Origin: a bacterium
Lineage (GTDB): Bacteria; Cyanobacteriota; Vampirovibrionia; Gastranaerophilales; Gastranaerophilaceae
Assembly (NCBI GenBank): GCA_017942035.1
Contig: JAGAVG010000051.1
Location: forward strand, 38,663 to 102,662
DNA: 64,000 nucleotides
Reading direction: 5' to 3'
This document shows positions 1 to 8,187 of this stretch, one piece after another. The notes beneath the pieces are model-generated. The model did not search any database. It had not been told where the DNA came from and worked only from the letters and a program-made list of their open reading frames with translations. The translations under genes were made by a program, and so were the position numbers. Position 1 is the stretch's first letter, and each line of letters opens with the position of its first letter.

Positions 1-412
1 GAATTACAACGTCGACATTTTCATCGGCAAAATATTTAAACATGACAGCCGTTAAAATTTCAAATTCAGTAAGGTGAATATTGTTGTCGTCTGCAAGTTT
101 TACTGTTTCGAACACAAGCTGAGAAAATGTATTTTCCGAAATTTTTTCCCCGTTAATTTGGATCCTTTCAGTATATTTAAAAATATGCGGGCTGGTGTAA
201 AGGCCGACTTTCCTTCCGCTTGCATTGAGAATTGATGCAAGAATTGCGCAGGTAGAACCTTTCCCGTTAGTTCCAGCGACATGAATGCATTTGAGCTTAT
301 CTTGAGGATTTCCGTAAAGAGCAAGAATTTTTTCAATCCTTTCCAACCCTAGATTTATGTAAAATTTTCCTTGAGAAGTCAGTAGCTTAACACATTTGTC
401 GTATTCACACAT
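1..412 (-). CDS. folC: Folylpolyglutamate synthase / dihydrofolate synthase, N-terminal part. The gene runs off the window start.
   Basis: Minus-strand translation from the ATG at 412 gives MCEYDKCVKLL...CIHVAGTNGKGSTCA. This includes the Mur-ligase P-loop HVAGTNGKGS typical of FolC. The supplied ORF 100..336 is an overlapping wrong-frame artefact. Confidence 0.7.
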   Translation of the reverse strand, partial: MCEYDKCVKLLTSQGKFYINLGLERIEKILALYGNPQDKLKCIHVAGTNGKGSTCAILASILNASGRKVGLYTSPHIFKYTERIQINGEKISENTFSQLVFETVKLADDNNIHLTEFEILTAVMFKYFADENVDVVI

Positions 413-419
413 TTTAAAC

Positions 420-857
420 CTACATTTCTAAATTAAAAGTAACCGGCCCGTCGTTGATAAGCTCTACATCCATCATAGCCTGAAATTTCCCGGTTTCGAC
501 TTTAAGACTTGATTTTTTCATACATTCCACAAAGTAATTATAAAGTTCAAGCGCCTTATCTATAGGTGCTGAGTTGTCAAAAGATGGACGAGTACCTTTT
601 TTGCAGTTCCCACATAAAGTAAATTGTGAAACAATAAGAATTTCCCCTTTTATATCTGAGATTGAATAGTTCATTTTTTCATTTTCATCTTCAAAAATTC
701 TCAGTTTTAATATCTTTTCTGCGAGCTTTTCAGCGTTAAGTTTTTCATCCGCTTTTTCAACACCGAGGAAGATAAGAAGCCCTTGATTTATTGAAGAATA
801 TAAATGCTTGTCAATATGAACACTTGCTCTTTTTACGCGTTGAATTAATGCTTTCAT
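420..857 (-). CDS. dtd: D-aminoacyl-tRNA (D-tyrosyl-tRNA) deacylase.
   Basis: MKALIQRVKRASV...SQFTLCGN...NDGPVTF is the DTD family signature. Start chosen at the internal Met (857) that matches the canonical DTD N-terminus, not the ORF-track start at 887. Confidence 0.85.
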   Translation of the reverse strand: MKALIQRVKRASVHIDKHLYSSINQGLLIFLGVEKADEKLNAEKLAEKILKLRIFEDENEKMNYSISDIKGEILIVSQFTLCGNCKKGTRPSFDNSAPIDKALELYNYFVECMKKSSLKVETGKFQAMMDVELINDGPVTFNLEM

Positions 858-874
858 AAATTTATAATAACATA

Positions 875-1058
875 AAAAACGCACCAAACTTTATATTTTG
901 GTGCGTGTTTTTTATAGCCTTATTATACAATATTTTTAGACACTTTTCAAGTAGTGTTTTGTTGTTTTTTGTGAAATTTTTAAATTTTGAAAAGGTATGT
1001 TTTAGGGAGTTTCAGGTCGACTCGCACCAAAATATAAATTATGGTGCATGAATTTAAA
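875..1058 (+). repeat. Conserved pilin-upstream element, copy 1 (~185 bp). Left hairpin/terminator-like palindrome at 881-905 plus T-run; right palindrome at 1024-1047.
   Basis: Near-identical sequence recurs at 23748-23945 and 52840-53027. Each copy sits immediately 5' of a pilin-like gene. The left arm gcaccaaaNtttatattttggtgc has flanking A-run and T-run. The right arm is gcaccaaaatataaattatggtgc. Confidence 0.8.
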
Positions 1059-1087
1059 CGTCAGTTTATGGCTGGAAAGGAGACAGG

Positions 1088-2032
1088 ATGCTAGAATATA
1101 GAATTATGAAAGGAAGGAATTTGAAAGAGGATAATATGATAAAAAATAGTCATTGTAAGCCTGAAAAGATAACATGTCATGCTGAACGACAGATTGACCT
1201 CCGTGTTTCGGAATTTCATAATACTGAGACCCTGAAACGAGTTCAGGGTGACATGTTACAATCTCCTCGCTCCTTGTGGGAGAGGGTTAGGGTGAGGGGT
1301 CAAAATAGAGGAACAGTAAACAGTAGGGTAGACTTTAGTCTACCTGAAACAAATGGATTGCCACGCTCACTCCGTTCGCTCGCAATGACAAAGGCTTTCA
1401 CCCTAGCGGAAGTCCTCATCACTCTCGGGATAATCGGGGTTGTGGCGGCGATGACGCTGCCGGCAGTGATTCAAAACCATAGGAAACATATTGTTGAAAC
1501 AAGGTTAAAAAAATTTTACACAACAATAAATCAGGCTATTATGCTTTCGGAAGTTGACCATGGTGACAAAAGAGATTGGGATATCATGGATGTGGATACG
1601 CTATATAATGAATATATAAAAAAATACATTAAAAATATAAAGTCTGTGGATTATATGTGGGAAGACAGAAACTTAGAATATGTATATTTTACAGATGGAA
1701 GCGCTGTGTCACTAGATATGTATAACATAGACAATACTATTGGTATTCAATTTATATTTTATCCAGAGGCAAAATATATAGGAGCAAAGAATAATACTCC
1801 TGGCAAAACTTATTTTTTGTTTGCATTTTGGCCTAATGCGAAAACTTCCGGTTTTACGTTTCATTATAATAAAGGTGTCGAACCGTATAAAGCCTGGTGG
1901 AATGGAGACCCTGCAACTTTATCATCATCAATTTTTGGTTGTAACAATAGCGGCGGGAATAAATTCTACTGCACAGCATTAATTCAATACAATGGCTGGA
2001 AAATTCCGAAAGATTATCCATTTAGGTTTTAA
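1088..2032 (+). CDS. Type IV pilin-like / pseudopilin family protein (prepilin-type N-terminal cleavage/methylation motif), paralog 1. The start is ambiguous: 1088, 1136 or 1385.
   Basis: AFTLAEVLITLGIIGVVAAMTLP motif with Glu at +5 of Phe and a hydrophobic N-terminal helix. Alignment with the two other copies is given in finding 1. The ~100 codons upstream of MTKAF are open and stop-free. Confidence 0.75.
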   Translation: MLEYRIMKGRNLKEDNMIKNSHCKPEKITCHAERQIDLRVSEFHNTETLKRVQGDMLQSPRSLWERVRVRGQNRGTVNSRVDFSLPETNGLPRSLRSLAMTKAFTLAEVLITLGIIGVVAAMTLPAVIQNHRKHIVETRLKKFYTTINQAIMLSEVDHGDKRDWDIMDVDTLYNEYIKKYIKNIKSVDYMWEDRNLEYVYFTDGSAVSLDMYNIDNTIGIQFIFYPEAKYIGAKNNTPGKTYFLFAFWPNAKTSGFTFHYNKGVEPYKAWWNGDPATLSSSIFGCNNSGGNKFYCTALIQYNGWKIPKDYPFRF

Positions 2033-2108
2033 TAAGTTTACAAATTAGATTTTCATTGATAATTATAAAAACTTGATACGGCTTAATATTTATGCTATGA
2101 TAAATTCA

Positions 2109-2363
2109 GCCGTGCTCCACGGGGAATTGCAATCCCTTGACCCGAAGTTAAGGCGGGGTGCAGAGTCTGTTGTGAGGGTTCGGCGGGCAACTTTGATAGA
2201 TTTATTATTGTTGACGATTAAAATCGTTATGGCGTAAGCTGTCGAACCGTGTCAGGATGGAAACATAGCAGCACTAAGACAATCCTTGCGGGTGTGATTG
2301 TTTTAATAAGAGATAGTAGGTTTAAAGATTTTGTCCGTTGCATTCGATAGACAGTTGCACGGC
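2109..2363 (+). ncRNA. ffs: Signal recognition particle RNA, long (Bacillus-type, Alu-domain-containing) form.
   Basis: GC-rich structured island in an AT-rich spacer. The 5' end gccgtgc pairs with the 3' end gcacggc, followed by a T-run terminator. The domain IV-like motif gtcaggatggaaacatagcagcactaag matches the conserved SRP helix 8 (GNRA tetraloop and AGCAGCAC internal loop). Confidence 0.6.
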
Positions 2364-2394
2364 TTTTTTAACTCATATAGAAGGGTATTAATAT

Positions 2395-3237
2395 ATGAAT
2401 AACAAAAAGTTCATACTGAATGCTGATGGGTTTGGAATGTCTAAGGCTCGAAACAAAGCCATTTTGACCGGTTATAATTTGGGATTTTTATCAAGTGCAA
2501 GTATTTGCGCTAACGGAAAAGCTTTTAACGCTGCGGTTAATGAAGTTCTTCCCGAGTGCAGTAAGCTTGGTGTCGGGGTGCATTTAAATATTGTTAAGGG
2601 CAAGGCGCTTACAAAAAATAAAACACTTACTAATAAAAAAAACAGATTTAATAACAATTTTTTATCGCTTTGGATTAAGTCTTATAATTCTGAATTTTTG
2701 AAGGAAGTTGAAAAAGAGTTTCGTGCTCAAATTGAGATGGTGCAGCGTTATACAAAAATTGATCATATAAATTCTTATGCACATGTGCATTCAATACCTA
2801 ATATTTTTAAAATTGTTTTAAAACTGGCTCAAGAATATGAAATTCCTTTTATACGTACTGAATATGAAGAATTATATTTTGCTCCGGTTGGAATAAAACA
2901 TTTTACATTAACGTATCCGATTAATTTGCTTAAATTATCTGTGTTGAATTTGTTTGCAAAGAAAAATAAGCATTTTATGGCATCTTCAAGTGTAGTTACG
3001 AATGATTATTTGATAGGGATTGGGTACGCAGGAATTTTAGATTCAGAATGCATTGAGAGCGGACTGGGAGCATTAGAAGACGATTGTATAGCTGAAGCCG
3101 TTATATATCCGTGTCTTTATACTAATAATAAAAAAGACCGCTACTACCGTGAGTTTTCTATTTCAAGAAATAAGACGCTTGAAGATTCAATTAAAAGAAT
3201 GGGATTTGAAATCACAAATTATAAAAAATTATCGTAA
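2395..3237 (+). CDS. ChbG/YdjC-family carbohydrate deacetylase-like protein.
   Basis: N-terminus ILNADGFGMS...GVGVHLNIVKGK resembles the YdjC/ChbG family (LNADDFG...GVHL). Confidence 0.65.
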   Translation: MNNKKFILNADGFGMSKARNKAILTGYNLGFLSSASICANGKAFNAAVNEVLPECSKLGVGVHLNIVKGKALTKNKTLTNKKNRFNNNFLSLWIKSYNSEFLKEVEKEFRAQIEMVQRYTKIDHINSYAHVHSIPNIFKIVLKLAQEYEIPFIRTEYEELYFAPVGIKHFTLTYPINLLKLSVLNLFAKKNKHFMASSSVVTNDYLIGIGYAGILDSECIESGLGALEDDCIAEAVIYPCLYTNNKKDRYYREFSISRNKTLEDSIKRMGFEITNYKKLS

Positions 3238-4991
3238 TGAAAAAATATGTTTTTCTTTTTGTAATATCGGCTATATTCGTAATTTTTACGGTATTTAATG
3301 TACGGCAAAAAGAGTTTTATGATGTTTTGACAATAAAAGAGCCCGATGTTATCGGGGTTGATTTGAATCATAACGGCATTCAAGATGAGAATGAATTTGT
3401 CTGCGTTAGCGATGTTAAGACATATAGATACAATATAAACGATACAAATTCAATTAAGATGTGGTATCTGGCGGACGGTTTTGCTCATAAAATTCTGGAA
3501 TCGAAGCGTGTAAAGGTGAAACTTTCAAATGAGCGGACTCCTTTATGTACTTATGGCAGTATTGAAGTTGAAAACCAAAATTATAAAGACATACTTACTA
3601 AAGCTAATTTTAATTTGAATGATTATGATAAAAATAAGGCAAAAGAACAGTTAAAAGTTGCTGATAAGTTAAATCTTGTTATTTACAATCATAAAAGCGG
3701 AATTTATCATAAATTGACTTGTAAATACGGGCAGGTTGCGCATGATGTTAAAATTCTGCCGGAATCTTATCTTGATAAATCTGCCCGTCCTTGTAAATTT
3801 TGCCATGTTGTTCAGGAGAAGAAAAAATATACTCATAAAAAATTCAAAATTTTAAATACGACTTTTCCTTTGAGCATGACGGACGGGAACCTCAAATTAA
3901 TACTTTCTGATTTTACACGTAAGCTCAAACCTGATAATCGTTGTGACAGCATTATGTGCAAAACAGTGCTTGATGAAATAAATGCCTCAAAATCTTCAAT
4001 TGATATGGCCGTTTATGATTTTTCAAATAATGAAATCATTCTTTCCGCCCTAAAAAGAGCGCTTGCTCGCGGTGTAAAAATACGTGTGGTTTATGATATT
4101 ACAGCTAAAGGACTTTCTGAATATTCAAAAGATACATCTTTTTTGATTGAACTTATCGGCAGTGAAAATTGCCGCAGCGATAAGTTGAGCGATAATGTTC
4201 AAACTGCATTTTTAATGCATAACAAGTTTATGATTTTTGATGGAAAAACGGTTTTTACAGGTTCTATGAATTTTTCAACAACCGGAATTTCCGGATTTAA
4301 TAACAATAGTGTCCTTTTAATAAAGTCGCCTGATATTGCAAAACTTTACGAGAGTGAATTTAATCTGATGTTTTCAGGTAAATTCCATAAGCTGAAAAAT
4401 CATCAAACACAAAATAAAAACGATAAATTAAGAGTTTACTTTTCACCGCAGGATAAAACAATAATTTCTCAAATTATACCCCTGATAAATTCTGCAAAAA
4501 CATATATTTATATTCCGACATTTATATTGACGCATGAAGAGTTGACACAAAGTCTTATTGCGGCATACAGACGCGGAGTTGATGTTAGAATAATTGTTGA
4601 TGCGACAAGCATAAGATCAAGCAGGTCTAAAATAAAACTTCTTAGAGAAAATTTTATTCCTGTTAAAACAGAAAATTATGCGGGCAAAATGCACTCTAAA
4701 AGTGTAATTATTGACGATAAATATCTTGTAATCGGTTCAATGAACTTTTCAAAAAGCGGCGAAAATAAAAATGATGAAAATTGTGTGATTATTGAAAATC
4801 CCAAACTCGCAAAATTTTACAGGGAATATTTTGAGTATATTTGGACAAAAATTCCTGATAAATATTTGAAAATTAATCCTTCAGCGGAAGGGCCTTATTC
4901 TATAGGTTCTTGCGCAGACGGTGTTGACAATGATTTTGATGGAAAAATTGATTTAGAGGATGAAGGTTGCAGGCCTAAGGCGGCAAAATAA
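3237..4991 (+). CDS. Phospholipase D-family protein (two HKD motifs). It has an N-terminal membrane anchor and a Cys-rich MopE-like C-terminal tail.
   Basis: HNKFMIFDGKTVFTGSMNFS and HSKSVIIDDKYLVIGSMNFS are duplicated HxK(x4)D motifs. N-terminal hydrophobic segment. C-terminal CADGVDNDFDGKIDLEDEGC. Confidence 0.75.
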   Translation: MKKYVFLFVISAIFVIFTVFNVRQKEFYDVLTIKEPDVIGVDLNHNGIQDENEFVCVSDVKTYRYNINDTNSIKMWYLADGFAHKILESKRVKVKLSNERTPLCTYGSIEVENQNYKDILTKANFNLNDYDKNKAKEQLKVADKLNLVIYNHKSGIYHKLTCKYGQVAHDVKILPESYLDKSARPCKFCHVVQEKKKYTHKKFKILNTTFPLSMTDGNLKLILSDFTRKLKPDNRCDSIMCKTVLDEINASKSSIDMAVYDFSNNEIILSALKRALARGVKIRVVYDITAKGLSEYSKDTSFLIELIGSENCRSDKLSDNVQTAFLMHNKFMIFDGKTVFTGSMNFSTTGISGFNNNSVLLIKSPDIAKLYESEFNLMFSGKFHKLKNHQTQNKNDKLRVYFSPQDKTIISQIIPLINSAKTYIYIPTFILTHEELTQSLIAAYRRGVDVRIIVDATSIRSSRSKIKLLRENFIPVKTENYAGKMHSKSVIIDDKYLVIGSMNFSKSGENKNDENCVIIENPKLAKFYREYFEYIWTKIPDKYLKINPSAEGPYSIGSCADGVDNDFDGKIDLEDEGCRPKAAK

Positions 4992-5706
4992 TCTTTGCTT
5001 CAACTTTTTTCTGTTTGTTAAGAGAATCATTCAGGCTGTTTGCAAGTTCTGCCGCAGTGTTTGCGGTGTAAAATTTCCCGCTTGTGACAAGGGATGTACA
5101 TTCTAATTGCGCAAGATCCTCTTGATTTGCAATATTGAATGCAATTACGTCAATTGTTACATCTTTTCTGTATTTGATAAGTTCCATTACGTATTCACAC
5201 GGGCTTTCGTCACAGTTCTCGCCGCCGTCAGTTAAAAGAATAATATGTTTTTTCCCGCTAAACCCCATAAAATCGTTTGTGACTGCCTGTTTTAGCGAAA
5301 AAGTAATGGGGGTCATTCCGCGCGGTTTGACTCTTGAAAGTGTTGTGAGAAGATTTGCAGTGTTGTTTTTTTGTATAGGATTCATTAAAGTTGAAGCATG
5401 ACAGGCGTCAAACTGCGTAAAGCCCATACGATGCCCGTACACTCTTAACCCGATTGATGCATCCGGATTAAGAGCGGGCAAAATCTTTCTTATAGTTGAG
5501 AGCATCATATCTAATTTTGTTGCTCCTCCTAAAACTTCAGTCATACTGTTTGAAAAATCAAGAATAAATAACACTCGCTCCTGCGCTGCTGTGTCAACTT
5601 TTGAATAATTTTCAGGCTTGTAAACGTTGTAGTTGTCAGCTTGAGCGGACAACTTTATTGTGAGTATTATTAAAAATAAAAGAATTATAAGGTAATAATT
5701 TTTCAT
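4975..5706 (-). CDS. Secreted von Willebrand factor type A (VWA) domain protein.
   Basis: Signal peptide MKNYYLIILLFLIIL. VWA MIDAS-like region LFILDFSNSM...ILLTDGGENCDESPCE. Its 3' end overlaps the PLD gene convergently by 17 nt. Confidence 0.7.
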   Translation of the reverse strand: MKNYYLIILLFLIILTIKLSAQADNYNVYKPENYSKVDTAAQERVLFILDFSNSMTEVLGGATKLDMMLSTIRKILPALNPDASIGLRVYGHRMGFTQFDACHASTLMNPIQKNNTANLLTTLSRVKPRGMTPITFSLKQAVTNDFMGFSGKKHIILLTDGGENCDESPCEYVMELIKYRKDVTIDVIAFNIANQEDLAQLECTSLVTSGKFYTANTAAELANSLNDSLNKQKKVEAKIILPP

Positions 5707-5789
5707 ATTAATATGAAAATAAAATGTACTAAATTTTACAATTAGCCGGCTAGATGTTTTTTGTTGTAAAATGTTATTGAGGTGAAAAT

Positions 5790-6539
5790 ATGCCGCATTT
5801 TTTTATAAATTCAAATGATGTTACGGAAAATATTGCAAAAATTACTGACAGAGAAAACCTTAATCATATTGTAAAATCTCTGCGCACTAAAAACGGTGAA
5901 AAATTGCTTCTTATTGACGAAAACAAAATTCAGTATGAAACGATTATTCAAGATATTTCAAAAGATTTGATTGTCTCTAAAATAATTAAATCGTACCCTT
6001 CAAAAAGATTTTTGGATTTTGATTTGTATCTTGCTCAAAGTCCTTTGCGCTCGGATTCTCAAACTTTTATTATGGAGAAAGCAACTGAATTGGGTGTTAA
6101 AGGGGTTTATCCTGTTTATACAGATAATTGCGCTTTAAAAAAAGATGTTATAACAAAAAAAATAGAAAAATGGCAAAAAACAATGTTTGAAGCTTCAAAA
6201 CAATGTGAAAGAGCGTTTATTCCTAAATGCTTTGAACTTACAACGATACAAAGGCTTGTTGCTGATGAAAAATTTGACAAAATAATTGCTTTTTGCGAAA
6301 GAATAACGGATAAAACTCTGCGTGAATGTTTTATGGAAACTCCTTTGAAAAAATCCGAAAAAGTTCTCGTGATAATCGGCCCTGAAGGCGGCTTTTCAGA
6401 TAGAGAGTTTGAATTTTTTAAAAATTCTAATATTGAAATGCTTACTCTGGGCGATTTGATTTTAAAAGCTGAAACTGCTGTAATTGTTGGATTAGGAAAT
6501 ATAATTTATGAGTACACAAATCAAAACAAAAATATCTAA
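5790..6539 (+). CDS. rsmE: 16S rRNA (uracil1498-N3)-methyltransferase.
   Basis: C-terminal LVIIGPEGGFSDREFEFF...LTLGDLILKAETA is the RsmE signature. Confidence 0.75.
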   Translation: MPHFFINSNDVTENIAKITDRENLNHIVKSLRTKNGEKLLLIDENKIQYETIIQDISKDLIVSKIIKSYPSKRFLDFDLYLAQSPLRSDSQTFIMEKATELGVKGVYPVYTDNCALKKDVITKKIEKWQKTMFEASKQCERAFIPKCFELTTIQRLVADEKFDKIIAFCERITDKTLRECFMETPLKKSEKVLVIIGPEGGFSDREFEFFKNSNIEMLTLGDLILKAETAVIVGLGNIIYEYTNQNKNI

Positions 6540-7914
6540 TGACGAATATCTTAATAAAATAAAATCGCTGACGGATGCAGATATATACGTTGTCGGCGGG
6601 ACTGTCAGGGATTACCTGCTTGATAAAACGACTTACGATAGAGATTTAATCGTTGATGGTGAATCTACCGAATCTTTTGCAAAAAAAATAGCTGAAAATC
6701 TTGACGGAACTTTTATAACGCTCGATTCCGAAAACAATATTTACCGTGTAGTGTTAAAAGATAAGTTGAATTACTTCGATATTACAAATCCGGTAGAAAA
6801 TAATCTCACAAAAGACTTATTCAGGCGCGATTTGACAATAAATGCTATTGCTGTGAATATTAAAACACTTGAAGTAATTGATCTTTGCGGCGGTATTTCT
6901 GATATTAACAATAAAATTTTGCACGTAATATCAGAAGAAAATATAAAAGATGATCCTTTAAGAATATTGAGAACATATCGTTTTCAGGCTCTTTTAGGGT
7001 TTGAAATTGAACGCGATACGATTAATTTTATCTGTAATAATGTAAATCTAATAGCAAATCCGGCTGCTGAACGTATAAATTACGAACTTCTCAAACTTTT
7101 TAGCGGAAAATTTGCAGCTAAAACACTTGAAAATATGGATAAAACATGGCTGCTTGAACAAATTTTTCCGTTCGTAAAAGAGTTAAAACAGGTTCCGCCA
7201 AATTCTCACCATCACCTTGATTTATTCAATCATTCAATCGAAACCGTAAATCAAATTCAATTTTTATACGAAAATTCAAATCCTATAATTAAAGAACATT
7301 TAGATTCAGTTGATTTTGGAGGATGTTCAAGACTTGCACACCTTAAACTTGCCGGCTTTATGCACGATATCGGAAAATTTTCAACTTGGACTATTGAAGA
7401 AGATACCGGCCGCCACAGATTTATAAAACATGACGATGTCGGTTCAAAAATTGCCGCTAAATTTTTGAAAAATATGAAATTTTCGAATAAGCAGATAGAA
7501 TATATTTCTTCAATGATAAAAAATCATATTTACCCGTCGCAGGTTATGTGCGCGCCGGAGGTGAATGATAAAATTATGATGCGCTTTGTAAGAAAAATGG
7601 ACAAAAATTCAATTGATAACATTTACCTTGCAATGGCTGACCGATTATCAGCCCGCGGGCCGGAGATCTCTGAAGATATCGTTAATACAAATTTGAGAAA
7701 TCTCAATAAGCTTTTAGAATTTTATCTCGATAAAAAAGATTCTCTAAAACCATTACCAATTCTTCTCGATGGAAATGATGTTATGAAAATTTTAAATATA
7801 AAGCCTTCGCCTGAACTTGGAAAAATTATGAACATGCTTCATGAAGAACAGCTTAACGGTGAAATTTTAACCCGCGAAGATGCCGTTTTATATATAAAAT
7901 CTATAAAATTTTAA
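6508..7914 (+). CDS. cca: CCA-adding tRNA nucleotidyltransferase (polyA polymerase head domain plus HD domain).
   Basis: VVGGTVRDYLL and RRDLTINAIA head-domain motifs. HD motif HHLDLF...MHDIGK. Overlaps the rsmE 3' end. Confidence 0.75.
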   Translation: MSTQIKTKISNDEYLNKIKSLTDADIYVVGGTVRDYLLDKTTYDRDLIVDGESTESFAKKIAENLDGTFITLDSENNIYRVVLKDKLNYFDITNPVENNLTKDLFRRDLTINAIAVNIKTLEVIDLCGGISDINNKILHVISEENIKDDPLRILRTYRFQALLGFEIERDTINFICNNVNLIANPAAERINYELLKLFSGKFAAKTLENMDKTWLLEQIFPFVKELKQVPPNSHHHLDLFNHSIETVNQIQFLYENSNPIIKEHLDSVDFGGCSRLAHLKLAGFMHDIGKFSTWTIEEDTGRHRFIKHDDVGSKIAAKFLKNMKFSNKQIEYISSMIKNHIYPSQVMCAPEVNDKIMMRFVRKMDKNSIDNIYLAMADRLSARGPEISEDIVNTNLRNLNKLLEFYLDKKDSLKPLPILLDGNDVMKILNIKPSPELGKIMNMLHEEQLNGEILTREDAVLYIKSIKF

Positions 7915-8187
7915 GTTTTAATGGAAAATCTTTACAAAATTTTACAAAAAATTTTCTTAAAAAAATATATTATTTTTCTAATTTTTTACTATTTTTTTGT
8001 AAAATTTGCATAAAAATAATGAGAATTTTAATTATAATTTCATATTTTTATAAAAACATTTAAAAACTCATCTTAATATTAGCTTTACATTAAGTGTAAA
8101 TTAGGCAATTTTTTATATGCCCGGCTTTTAATATTAATATGTGATTGTTATAATAGTGTGTGTTGGATATACCAGACAATATAGTAT

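Noticed and set aside
100-336. Supplied 78-aa minus-strand ORF.
   Set aside because: It is an alternative frame inside folC. The folC frame gives a clean Mur-ligase P-loop.
2472-2657. Antisense/embedded small ORFs throughout (for example 2472-2657, 8307-8576, 8634-8936, 13892-14200, 16394-16699, 17436-17762, 26243-26936, 31099-31651, 32587-32907, 37029-37510, 41207-41691, 51802-52290, 57754-58084).
   Set aside because: They overlap well-supported genes on the other strand or frame and have no RBS. They are typical AT-rich-genome six-frame noise.
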